Source: an uncultured Gemmatimonadales bacterium (lineage in GTDB: Bacteria > Gemmatimonadota > Glassbacteria > GWA2-58-10). From it: a stretch of DNA of 64,000 nt. The stretch spans positions 13,149 through 77,148 of the forward strand of contig CAZJQI010000004.1 of assembly GCA_964548275.1 (NCBI GenBank). Reading direction: 5' to 3'. The notes below the pieces were generated by a model. The model saw only the letters and a list, made by a program, of their open reading frames with translations, was not told the DNA's origin and searched no databases. Below are positions 41,557 to 50,716 of the stretch, piece after piece. Each line of letters starts with the position of its first letter. Positions within the stretch are counted from its first letter, which is position 1. The translations under genes were made by a program, and so were the position numbers.

Positions 41557-41730
41557 AAGGCAGATTTTCGCTAAATTTTCGCCTTAAGGCTGGCAGATAG
41601 AGAGCGGCTTTATCGAGATAATAACTTTTGTGGGTGATCTGATCCCCGAAATTTAATACAACCTGCTTGATACATTGTCCGAACCTTTTGCTGAAGGAGG
41701 GATCATGTACCTGTTGCTGGAGGAGGGATC

Positions 41731-42339
41731 ATGTACCTGACCCGGCGTCAGAAAGAGATTCTCGACTTCATCGAAAATCACATCGAGAATGTCGGCTACG
41801 CGCCCAGCATCGAGGATATCTGCTCACAGTTCGGCCTGAGTTCAACCGCCACAGTGCACAAGCATCTGTCAAATCTGGAACAGAAAGGGCTTATCCGCCG
41901 CTTCCCCAACCGCAGCCGCGCGATTGAACTCTGCCGCATAGAGAGAGTTCCGTATGGCGCGGTGGTCTCTGCGCCTCTGCTGGGCCGGATAGCCGCGGGC
42001 AGGCCGATCGAGGTGGTTGAGGTGCCCGAGAGTATCGAGTTGCCGGAGAGCATGGTGGGCAAGCGGCCCACTTTCGTGCTCAAGGTTGAGGGAGACTCGA
42101 TGATTGATGAGCAGATCCGCGACGGGGACTACGTGATTATGGAGCAGAGCGCCACAGCCGAGGACGGCCAGATCGTGGTGGCCCTGATCGGTGGGGAAGA
42201 GGCCACGCTCAAGCGCTTTTACCGTGAGAAAGACGGTGTGCGTCTTCAGCCGGCCAATGTCAATATGTCACCGGTTATCCTGAAAGACGGCGAGTTCCAG
42301 ATCCAGGGCGTGGTTATCGGTGTGCTGCGCAAGTACTAG
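41731..42339 (+). CDS. lexA: LexA repressor (S24 peptidase)
   Basis: N-terminal winged HTH. The S24 domain has catalytic Ser in GDSMID. An Ala-Gly cleavage region is present (RIAAGRPI). Confidence 0.95.
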   Translation: MYLTRRQKEILDFIENHIENVGYAPSIEDICSQFGLSSTATVHKHLSNLEQKGLIRRFPNRSRAIELCRIERVPYGAVVSAPLLGRIAAGRPIEVVEVPESIELPESMVGKRPTFVLKVEGDSMIDEQIRDGDYVIMEQSATAEDGQIVVALIGGEEATLKRFYREKDGVRLQPANVNMSPVILKDGEFQIQGVVIGVLRKY

Positions 42340-42679
42340 ATGTTTGAATGAAGATACCCTGAGATTTTCAACGTTATTTTTTTGCTAACTCATCATGGTA
42401 ATTGTCACGGCACTTCAAGCGGCCGTAGGCCGCACCCGGGGCCGCTTGTCTGAGCCGGGCAAGAGGAGCGTGTAGTTGACAAGCAATTTCCATCGGTGTA
42501 TCCGCGAAGCTGCTGAAGGCAGGCGAGTTGCGGCCTCGAAGAGATTTTTGCTACTTTTGATCGCTTGCAAAAGTAGAAGAAGCTTTTGATGAATATATCT
42601 TGGATTTTCATGCTTCGTTGTGTCAGAAAGCAGACATGAGGGTTTACGACTCTTACACTCAGAGTTCGGAGGAAAAAGA

Positions 42680-42848
42680 GATGAAAAGCAGACTCGTCGC
42701 CTACGGCAGGATTCAGAAAGGCCGCCCGGGCAGATGCCAACTGGTGCTGCTCGATGACCGTCTCTGCCCGGAGGGCAGCGGGCTAGCCGCTTTGCTCCAG
42801 AGATGGCGCAAGGCTTTCCGTACCCGGGTGAGCCTGGTCAGGCGCTGA
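42680..42848 (+). CDS. Small basic ORF (55 aa) between lexA and dinB with a strong RBS
   Basis: ggagg lies 8 nt upstream of the ATG. Sequence: MKSRLVAYGRIQKGRPGRCQLVLLDDRLCPEGSG... It stops 15 nt before dinB. No family was recognised. Confidence 0.3.
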
Positions 42849-42863
42849 AAGGGAGTACTGTAG

Positions 42864-44072
42864 ATGGACAGGCATATCGTGCATATCGACATGGATGCCT
42901 TTTTCGTTTCTGTGGAGCGCTCGCGCGACCCCTCGCTGATCGGCCGCCCGGTGGTGGTCGGGGCTGTGGAGGGCAGCCGGGGCGTGGTGGCCTCGGCCTC
43001 CTACGAGGCCCGGCGCTACGGGATACGCTCGGCAATGCCCGTAGCCCAGGCGCGCAAACTCTGCATGCACGCCGTGTTCCTGCCCGGGAACATGGGGCTC
43101 TATGTCAAGGTCTCCCGCGCCATCCGCGAGATCCTCCAGTCGTGGACTCCGCTGGTGCAGATGAGTTCGATAGACGAGGCCTACCTTGATCTCACCGGGT
43201 TCGACCGCTGCTACGGACCCATTCTCGGCACGGTGGATCGCATCCTGCGCCAGGTCCGCGACACTCTCGGCCTTGAGCTTTCAGCCGGGGTTGCCGCCAA
43301 CAAGCTGGTGGCCAAAATCGCCTCGAAAACTGCCAAGCCCTCCGGGCTGTTGTGGGTACTTCCGGGACGCGAGAAGCAGTTTATGGCGCCCCTGCCTCTG
43401 GAGGAGGTGCCAGGGGTGGGCGAGGCTTTGAGCAAACGCCTCTGTGGCCTGGACCTGACTACAGTAGGCGAGTTGAGGAGGCTCGAACTGGGGCTTCTGG
43501 TCCGGGTTTTCGGTGTTGCAGGCGAGTGGCTCTACGACATGGCCCGGGGCCGGGGAAGCCTGAGAGTAGAGTCCGAAAGGCCCCCGGTCAAGTCCGTGGG
43601 CAATTCGGTCACTTTCAGCGAGGATACTGTGAACCGCCGCTTTCTGGAAGGAGTGCTCTATCACCTGGCCGAAAAGGTGGGCGCCAGGACACGCCGCAAG
43701 GGCTTTGTCGGACGCACGGTGAGTTTGCGCCTGAGATATTCGGATTTCAAGACAGTCACCCGCTCGATCTCCGCCGGGGTCGGTACGAACTGTGATACGG
43801 AAATATTCGAGCAGGCGCGCCGGCTGATGATCCCGTTGTTAGAGCGCAGGGTCAGGGTGCGCCTGCTGGGAGTCACTCTTTCCAACCTCCGGCCCGCAGA
43901 CAGCCAGCTCGACCTTTTTACCTCAGGTCTCCAGATGCGAAGCCTGCGCTTTTACCGCACAGTGGACAGCCTGAGGGAAAAATACGGTTTCGACTCTGTG
44001 CGCAAGGGGCGCGCTCTCTGGCTCGATAATTTTCGCCGCCCGCCCGAGTACGCCCGGCGCAAGGCAGGGTGA
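42864..44072 (+). CDS. dinB: Y-family DNA polymerase IV (DinB-like, catalytic residues intact)
   Basis: DMDAFFVSVE and SIDEAYLDLTG carry the catalytic Asp and Glu. IMS family. It lies downstream of lexA. Confidence 0.9.
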   Translation: MDRHIVHIDMDAFFVSVERSRDPSLIGRPVVVGAVEGSRGVVASASYEARRYGIRSAMPVAQARKLCMHAVFLPGNMGLYVKVSRAIREILQSWTPLVQMSSIDEAYLDLTGFDRCYGPILGTVDRILRQVRDTLGLELSAGVAANKLVAKIASKTAKPSGLLWVLPGREKQFMAPLPLEEVPGVGEALSKRLCGLDLTTVGELRRLELGLLVRVFGVAGEWLYDMARGRGSLRVESERPPVKSVGNSVTFSEDTVNRRFLEGVLYHLAEKVGARTRRKGFVGRTVSLRLRYSDFKTVTRSISAGVGTNCDTEIFEQARRLMIPLLERRVRVRLLGVTLSNLRPADSQLDLFTSGLQMRSLRFYRTVDSLREKYGFDSVRKGRALWLDNFRRPPEYARRKAG

Positions 44073-44246
44073 GGGGGATAAACAAGATAAATTTTGACAA
44101 AACAAATTTTTTGGGGTAGTCTCAATATAGATGTTTAATTTGTAATGACAATGCTGATATAAAATTATAGAGAATACTAAATCGGCGGCATAAGTCGATA
44201 GATAGTTTTATTTAGCAACTTAAATTTTGTATCGGAGAATAGCAGA

Positions 44247-45359
44247 ATGACTATCCCTAAAGAGATAACATGGCCAATAGACCCTCATACCAAAGCAAAA
44301 CATGAAATTCTAAGACGTTATCTTGAAGCTTGGTTTCCCATACTTAATAAATATCACAGTCGTCTTGTTTATATTGATGGATTTTGTGGCCCAGGGCGCT
44401 ATGAGGGGGGAGAACTTGGTTCACCTATCATTGCTTTAAGAACTGCTATAGACCATACGAGAAAAATGCAAGGTAAACTTATTTTCAGGTTTACTGACAG
44501 AGATGAACAAAGGGTGGAACATCTTCGAAACGAATTAAATAAATTAGAAAATCAAATGCCGAGTAACTTCGATGTCCGAGTAAATTGTTGTGAGTTTGCT
44601 GATAAACTCGAAGAAATTTTATTTTATGTAGAAAAGCAGAATATCGAACTACCGCCGACTTTTGCGTTTATAGATCCTTTTGGTTTTTCAGGAATACCTT
44701 TCGATTTAATAAAGCGATTATTGAGCCATCGAAGTTGTGAAGTGCTCATAACTCTTATGGTTGATGCTATTAATAGGTTTGTAGAGCACCCCAGAGACAG
44801 GCTAACAAGGCATATCGTTGAGGCCTTTGGGACAGAAGAAAGTATTTGTATTGCTGAAAAAGTTGATAAAGAGGGTAAGGACAGAATTACTGAGCTAAGA
44901 ATGCTGTATCAAAAACAATTGAACCAAGTGGCTGCTTTCGTTCGCTATTTTGAGATGCGAGACTGTGACAACAAAACTATATATTATTTGTTTTTTGCTA
45001 CAAACCATAGAAGAGGACATTTAAAGATGAAAGAAGCTATGTGGAAGGTAGATCCTGGTGGTGATTTCGTATATTCTGATGCAACAGACCCAAATCAGAG
45101 AACGCTTTTTAAAGACGAGTGTATCGTACCCGATCTCTCGGCTATTCTTGAGGGAAAATTTAAAGGCCAAAAAAATGTCAAAGGGGAGATTATAAGGCTG
45201 TTTGTAGAGGATGACACCGCATTTCTAAATAAACATAAGAAGACAGTGCTTGAAAAAATGGAGTCATTACATAAAATTGAAGTCTGTCCAGAAAAATTAC
45301 TTGGTGGAAAGAGGGCACCAAACACTTACCCGGATAAAGCGCTTATAACATTCTTTTAA
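44247..45359 (+). CDS. TcmP-like partner protein (SAM-methyltransferase-like fold?), low GC
   Basis: 370 aa. YIDGFCGPG resembles SAM-methyltransferase motif I (FxGxG). Its start is reminiscent of the 'three-Cys-motif partner protein TcmP' family as I recall it, which I cannot verify. GC is about 38% against about 58% in the flanks. It is tightly linked to the radical SAM gene, with a 10 nt gap. Confidence 0.55.
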   Translation: MTIPKEITWPIDPHTKAKHEILRRYLEAWFPILNKYHSRLVYIDGFCGPGRYEGGELGSPIIALRTAIDHTRKMQGKLIFRFTDRDEQRVEHLRNELNKLENQMPSNFDVRVNCCEFADKLEEILFYVEKQNIELPPTFAFIDPFGFSGIPFDLIKRLLSHRSCEVLITLMVDAINRFVEHPRDRLTRHIVEAFGTEESICIAEKVDKEGKDRITELRMLYQKQLNQVAAFVRYFEMRDCDNKTIYYLFFATNHRRGHLKMKEAMWKVDPGGDFVYSDATDPNQRTLFKDECIVPDLSAILEGKFKGQKNVKGEIIRLFVEDDTAFLNKHKKTVLEKMESLHKIEVCPEKLLGGKRAPNTYPDKALITFF

Positions 45360-45369
45360 TTGGATAATC

Positions 45370-46416
45370 ATGGGCAACCAAGTGACATTTAAATGCTCGA
45401 AAGCTGTTAAATCAGAAACTGTCCGTGGTATCCCCACCGTACACCGCGGATCGTTCATAAAGCAGTTTGGCGGACCGGGAGACGATACTAGCATAGTGTG
45501 TTTCAAGTTCTGGGAGCTTGTGGTTGCCGCGGGCTGTCCTTTCTCGTGTTCTTATTGTTTCCTTCAAGCCACGCCTTCTTATGTATTCGGGCACTATCCG
45601 ATAAAAGGAGCGATATTTGAAAATTGGCAGGATATGGTTGCAGAGGTTGAGAAATGGCTGAAGCACCCGACCCCTCGCATGCTTGTAATTGGTGAGTTGC
45701 AAGACGGCCTGGCTTTTGATTCTGCTTACAGGAAAGTTGCGGGTAAGGCTCTTACTGAAATGCTCATACCACTATTTGCACGGCAAAAGAAACACAGACT
45801 CCTTTTTTTAACAAAATCAACAGTTATTAAGAACGCTTTAAAGCTTACCCCGACAGAACAAGTGATTTTTTCCTGGTCTGTTAATGCAGAGGAGGTTTCT
45901 CGCCGCTGGGAGAAAGGTGCGCCTTCGCCAAAAAGGCGTATTGAAGCCGCGCACAGAATGAAAGAGGCAGGTTGGCCGGTCAGATTCCGTCTCGATCCGA
46001 TGGTGCCATTTGATGGATGGCAGGAGGGTTATGGAGAAATTATAGAGCAACTCAATGAGCTGAATCCTGAAATGATTACAATAGGGGCGTTGCGCGCATC
46101 AAATACCTTGAAAGCACACGCAAAACGGAATGGCCGGGACGCTTCTATATTTAATATGCTTTCGGTAAAAGACCCGAGTGGTTTTAAATGGCGTCTTCCT
46201 CATGAAATACAGGTCGAGCTATTTCGCTTTGCCTACCAGAATATCGACAAGAGTAAAATTATCCCTGCTCTTTGCAAGGAAGATTTATCGATTTGGAAAG
46301 AGGTTGATATGGAATTCAAAGGCTGCCACTGCTTGATCGGGGAAAGTGATGAAATTGTGAAGGAACGTAAAAAGAGTTTCACGCGTCGGATTAGTGGTGG
46401 CAGGCCCACGGAGTAA
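45370..46416 (+). CDS. Radical SAM protein of the spore-photoproduct-lyase-like (SplB/COG1533 'DNA repair photolyase') family
   Basis: AAGCPFSCSYCF is a CxxxCxxC iron-sulfur motif in the GCxFxCxYC context typical of SplB-like enzymes. 348 aa. Reduced GC, about 47%. Confidence 0.75.
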   Translation: MGNQVTFKCSKAVKSETVRGIPTVHRGSFIKQFGGPGDDTSIVCFKFWELVVAAGCPFSCSYCFLQATPSYVFGHYPIKGAIFENWQDMVAEVEKWLKHPTPRMLVIGELQDGLAFDSAYRKVAGKALTEMLIPLFARQKKHRLLFLTKSTVIKNALKLTPTEQVIFSWSVNAEEVSRRWEKGAPSPKRRIEAAHRMKEAGWPVRFRLDPMVPFDGWQEGYGEIIEQLNELNPEMITIGALRASNTLKAHAKRNGRDASIFNMLSVKDPSGFKWRLPHEIQVELFRFAYQNIDKSKIIPALCKEDLSIWKEVDMEFKGCHCLIGESDEIVKERKKSFTRRISGGRPTE

Positions 46417-46538
46417 TGCCTATGATTTCTTCCAACTAATTCTATTATCTTAACTTATTCTCCAAGAACATCTTTGGTTGTTAAACGCCGGTAGCCTTAT
46501 GCTCCCGACGCAAAGGATATTTTTGTCTAAAAAAGGTC

Positions 46539-46850
46539 ATGGGTTTGGATTTCGTTCATCTCAGATGCCACAACAATTTTTCGCTCCTTGAGGGCGCCGC
46601 CACTGCTCAGCAGCTTCTCGAGGCTGCCAGGGCACGCGGTTTCCGCGCCTTGGCGCTCACAGACACCAACGGGCTCTATGCAGCGGTCACTTTCGCCAAA
46701 AAAGCGCAAGAATTGGGGATCAAGCCGATCTTTGGCGCCGACCAGGGGGGGGGCGTTCTCCGGAGTATCGAAAGCGGCCTTGTCAGCCGGGAGGTGAACG
46801 GCCGGAAAGTTACCTGTGGATGGTTTCGTATTTGCGCTTTTCGTGGATAA
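46539..46850 (+). pseudogene. dnaE2: 5' remnant of error-prone DNA polymerase DnaE2/ImuC (PHP domain), truncated
   Basis: FVHLRCHNNFSLLEGAATAQQLLEAARARGFRALALTDTNGLYAAVTFAKKAQELGIKPIFGAD matches the DnaE2 N-terminal PHP domain. Similarity stops at a G9 homopolymer near 46745. The frame then runs into the convergent yihY gene, so only about 70 of about 1000 codons remain. Confidence 0.6.
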
Positions 46851-47652
46851 AGGCGATCTCTGCTGCTACCACATAGACCAGCGAGGAGATGTAAAACCAG
46901 AAAATCATCACCACGAAAGCGCCCAGCGTCCCGTAAATCCGGTTAAAATCAGGGTACATGTGAAGGAAAAGTATATAGAGTTGCTTGGTGATTTCAATAA
47001 CCACTGCCGCGATTGAGGTAGCGATCAGGCAGGTTTGGTTCCTCATGCTTTTCGAAGGGAAGAATTTGTAGCTGATAAACAGCAGAGCCACGGTTAGCAG
47101 AAAGGTGAGAATGATTCCGATAAGATGGCTTTCGAGTACCTGCAGAAGAGAGAATACTTTATTGTTGAAAAGAATGCTTTCTCTGAAAAGTCTGGGCAGG
47201 AAAATGATAGTCAGGTTGGCCACGATCATCATGATTCCCAGCAGAAGAAGCAACATGAAATCGAACACCTTGCCATGAATTATCCCGCGCGTATGTTTGG
47301 CCTCGAAAACGATATCCAGCACTGTTCTCAGGCTGGCGAACAACCTTGTCGCCGTGAAAGCGAATATCCCCAGACCGATAATTCCGATCCAGGTACGGTC
47401 CTGGATCAATCTCTGAGTGTTGGTAATAATACTTTCGCTCGAAACCGGAATCAGGCTCTGGATATAAACAACGGTCTTATCCCAGAGTTCGGCTGAACTG
47501 CTGAACGCGAAACCCGCGATAGAAAAAAGTATCAGGATCAACGGAATGGTGGTGATCACCACGTTGAAGGCTATCCCTGAGGCGAGAAACAGGGTGTCAT
47601 CCTTGATTAACTTGAACCAGAGGTTTTTGATATAGTACCAGAGCAAGTACAT
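46810..47652 (-). CDS. yihY: YihY/BrkB-family inner-membrane protein
   Basis: Virul_fac_BrkB family signature GIAFNVVITTIPLILILFS. Polytopic. Confidence 0.8.
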   Translation of the reverse strand: MYLLWYYIKNLWFKLIKDDTLFLASGIAFNVVITTIPLILILFSIAGFAFSSSAELWDKTVVYIQSLIPVSSESIITNTQRLIQDRTWIGIIGLGIFAFTATRLFASLRTVLDIVFEAKHTRGIIHGKVFDFMLLLLLGIMMIVANLTIIFLPRLFRESILFNNKVFSLLQVLESHLIGIILTFLLTVALLFISYKFFPSKSMRNQTCLIATSIAAVVIEITKQLYILFLHMYPDFNRIYGTLGAFVVMIFWFYISSLVYVVAAEIAFIHEKRKYETIHR

Positions 47653-47744
47653 TTAATTGCCTGGGTGCAGGTTCTGTTTTAGCTTATCAATAAGAAAATC
47701 AAACAGCATAGAATTTAGAATTAGTGCTCACGGAAGTCAAATAA

Positions 47745-48386
47745 ATGAGAATAACGTGTGTTTCGGCTTTTAAAATGGAAGCTGCATGGCTTTTGTCCAG
47801 GCTCACGGATACCCGGAAGTTCAAAATTGATAGAATACGTGCCTGGACCGGCAGGGTTGGAGAACACGAGGTAAGTTTTCTGATCTGTGGGGTGGGTCCG
47901 GATAAGGCCAGGCAGAGCCTGGAAAGGTATGGCTTGCTTCAGGAAGCGGAACGTATCTTTCACCTGGGTGTCTGTGGAGCACTTCACACGGGTCTTTCAC
48001 GATATAAAACATTAATAGCTGAAACGGTAGCAGCCACTTACAAACCAGAGAGCTGCCCGATCCGGCTGAGCGATCTGGATGACCAGTTATTAGCAGGCCT
48101 CGAAGCCGGTCAAGTTCCTGTCAAAGGGAAAATCCTCACTCATCCGTGGCCTGTTTTCTCCAGCCGATTGCGCAATAACCTTCACAGACGATTCGGCGCT
48201 GATTGTGTAGATATGGAGGCCTGGGAGGTAGCATCATACTGCCGGCGAAGAGATATTCCCCTTACCCTGGTCAAGGCAGTCAGTGATTTCGCAGATGAGA
48301 AATCCGCTGTCAGCTTTCCTTTCCATGCCCGAAAAGCAGCCCAGGCAGCAGGGCAGATTGTGCTTGCCATGCTGAGAGCTTTATGA
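47745..48386 (+). CDS. PNP_UDP_1-family nucleosidase (MTA/SAH nucleosidase or futalosine hydrolase-like)
   Basis: Motifs ICGVGPDKA, DMEAWEVA and KAVSDFAD. The 213 aa length fits MqnB/MtnN. Confidence 0.6.
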   Translation: MRITCVSAFKMEAAWLLSRLTDTRKFKIDRIRAWTGRVGEHEVSFLICGVGPDKARQSLERYGLLQEAERIFHLGVCGALHTGLSRYKTLIAETVAATYKPESCPIRLSDLDDQLLAGLEAGQVPVKGKILTHPWPVFSSRLRNNLHRRFGADCVDMEAWEVASYCRRRDIPLTLVKAVSDFADEKSAVSFPFHARKAAQAAGQIVLAMLRAL

Positions 48387-48576
48387 GCTTGACGTTAAAC
48401 TTGGCAGGCCTGGGAGTGAAGCCGCTTGCCTGGGAAACAGGAGAAGTTTAACTTATAGAAAATAAAAACAGCCTGTCCGATCCAACTGCCGAACATTATT
48501 CAGCCTGTAAAGGCAGCCTGGAGGATAATCCTCCAGCGGAATAATCCCGGTTAATTTTTTCTTTGCGTGCGAAAAT

Positions 48577-49563
48577 ATGAAAGCATTGGTCCTTGCGGCT
48601 GGTTTCGGAACCCGGCTTCTTCCACTGACAGCGGCTAAATCCAAAGTCACTTTTTCACTGGCCGGAATACCTGTGCTGGTGCGGGTGTTGAAATTTCTCC
48701 GCGCATCAGGAGTGGATGATTTCGTGGTCAACCTTCACCATGCCCAGGAATCCGTGCGCGATTGCCTCAACGAGGCGCGAGAGCGGGTGACCTATTCATT
48801 CGAGCCGGAAATACTCGGTACGGCTGGAGCTTTGCTGGGCGCAAAAAAACATCTGGAGGATGAAACCTTTCTTCTGGTTAACGGCGACAGCTACTACGCA
48901 GATTTGGATTTTTCCTCTGCACTGGATTTTCACAGGAAAAAGGGCTCTTTGGCGACCATGATACTTATCGATCAACCCTCGGTCAGTCAGTACAGGGCGG
49001 TGGAGATCAGCGAGGAGGGACGGCTGGTCCGCATTGCCGGAAAGCCCGAAAGCTCGATACAAAATACCGCGGCCTGCCTCCATTTTCCCGGAATCCATAT
49101 CCTCGAACCTGAGTTCCTTTCCTGGATCGAACCGGGCTTTTCCGATATAAACAGCGGTGTGTACCCGCGGCTTATCCTCAAGGATGCTCCGGTTTATGGA
49201 TACCACACAGAATTTCGCTGGTTTGATCTCGGAACCCCAGGAGGTTTCCTTTATGCTGCCTGTGAATTGCTCGCCGAGGCCAAAGAAGGCGCAAGGGAAT
49301 CTGCTATACTGGTGGGAAGTCAAAGCAATATCAGTGCCGAAAGCATTCTTGAGGGACCGCTCGAGATCGGCAGTGATGCTGAGATCGCTCCCGGATGCAG
49401 CCTTCGCCGGTCGGTTCTGGCCGATAATGTCATACTCGAGCCGGGCGTGGTTGTGGAGGATTCGCTGGTCGGCGACAACGTGCGTCTCAAAGCCGGCAGT
49501 GTGCTGAAACATTACCTGGCCGCAAACGAGGGCGGTGAGGTTAGAACAATTCGATGGGATTGA
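48577..49563 (+). CDS. Sugar-phosphate nucleotidyltransferase with C-terminal left-handed beta-helix
   Basis: N-terminal NTP_transferase motif LAAGFGTRLLPLT. C-terminal hexapeptide-repeat region. Confidence 0.7.
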   Translation: MKALVLAAGFGTRLLPLTAAKSKVTFSLAGIPVLVRVLKFLRASGVDDFVVNLHHAQESVRDCLNEARERVTYSFEPEILGTAGALLGAKKHLEDETFLLVNGDSYYADLDFSSALDFHRKKGSLATMILIDQPSVSQYRAVEISEEGRLVRIAGKPESSIQNTAACLHFPGIHILEPEFLSWIEPGFSDINSGVYPRLILKDAPVYGYHTEFRWFDLGTPGGFLYAACELLAEAKEGARESAILVGSQSNISAESILEGPLEIGSDAEIAPGCSLRRSVLADNVILEPGVVVEDSLVGDNVRLKAGSVLKHYLAANEGGEVRTIRWD

Positions 49564-49795
49564 TTCTGCTGCTGAGTTGATCGGCTTGGGCAACCTGAAC
49601 TAACATAATTCTAACTTGCCTAAAAGTGCCTTCGAACAAAAATATATGTAACATATACTACTAATTTCCGGTTTGAATAAATATTATATACTTGTGTTTA
49701 CAGCGGAATTGAATTAAAATAAATTATTGATAAGGCCATATTCAGCAAAACAGCAAAAATCACTTTATATATAATTCCCAACAGGAGTTAAAAGG

Positions 49796-50599
49796 ATGAG
49801 AGCTAAGAAAATATTTCCTGCAATCCTGACTGCTGTCTTTTTCTGCTATGCAGTGGCGTTCGGGCAGGATAATGCCCCCGCAGTGTCCCCTGGAAATGCG
49901 ACAGACCAGGAAGCAACGGTTAAGGCCACCACGAACGACCCAACGGTGGATACGGCAGAAAACGGCTCAGAAGGAAACCTGCTCTGGATCCAGGATGCTT
50001 CAGGTGCTGCCGGCGGGGTGACCACAGTCAAGGTGCTCCTTACAGTTGATCAGGATATCTACGGCGCCATGTTCGATCTGATATTTGACCAGAGCAACCT
50101 CCAGATCAAGCCCCTGGCCGAGAATGGAGTCAAAGTCGGTGCTGATGCCGGCGGGCTTCTTGAACTTGTGCTGGATGATGATTTTATTGCAGTGGCAAAC
50201 AGCGAAGGAAAGCTTGTGGTGGCGCTGCTGGACACAACCCTGGCAACACCGATGACTGTCGGCGCGGAAAAGGAATTGCTCAGCGTTATGTTTGCAGTGG
50301 ATGAGGATGCCGAACTCGGGGATGTTCCGATAACTCTTGCAAATGTCTCCTTTGGAACGGTTTTAGACACAATCGGAGTTGATATCGTGGTTAACACGCA
50401 GGATGGAAAAGTTACGATAGTCGAGTTCCAGAAAGGCGATGTTAGTGGAGACGGCAACGTGAACATTTTCGACCTGCTGGACCTTCTTAAAGTTCTGAGT
50501 GGTAGTGGGACAGCCGGAGGGGCGGTTGATGTCAATGGCGATGGGAAGACAAACATTTTCGACCTCCTCGAACTGCTGAAAGTTCTATCCGGCAGATAG
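49796..50599 (+). CDS. Secreted protein with C-terminal tandem dockerin-type (Ca-binding) repeats
   Basis: Signal peptide. Two repeats: GDVSGDGNVNIFDLLDLLKVLSG and VDVNGDGKTNIFDLLELLKVLSG. The N-terminal roughly 200 aa domain may be cohesin-like. Confidence 0.6.
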   Translation: MRAKKIFPAILTAVFFCYAVAFGQDNAPAVSPGNATDQEATVKATTNDPTVDTAENGSEGNLLWIQDASGAAGGVTTVKVLLTVDQDIYGAMFDLIFDQSNLQIKPLAENGVKVGADAGGLLELVLDDDFIAVANSEGKLVVALLDTTLATPMTVGAEKELLSVMFAVDEDAELGDVPITLANVSFGTVLDTIGVDIVVNTQDGKVTIVEFQKGDVSGDGNVNIFDLLDLLKVLSGSGTAGGAVDVNGDGKTNIFDLLELLKVLSGR

Positions 50600-50675
50600 A
50601 CCTGGTTTCTGCAGATAGGAGTAGAGGTAGCTGAATACTGAAGGTTTTTTACTATTTGAAAAAGGGAATTTTCAA

Positions 50676-50716
50676 GGCCTGTCCGATAGCTTATGGGGGA
50701 TGGACAGGCCTTTTTA
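50676..50716 (+). terminator. Rho-independent terminator after the dockerin-repeat gene
   Basis: Stem ggcctgtcc/ggacaggcc plus a T5 run. Confidence 0.65.

Noticed and set aside
42405-42740. 111 aa minus-strand ORF in the lexA-dinB spacer
   Set aside because: It overlaps the better-supported + strand small ORF with a strong RBS, and it has no RBS or domain.
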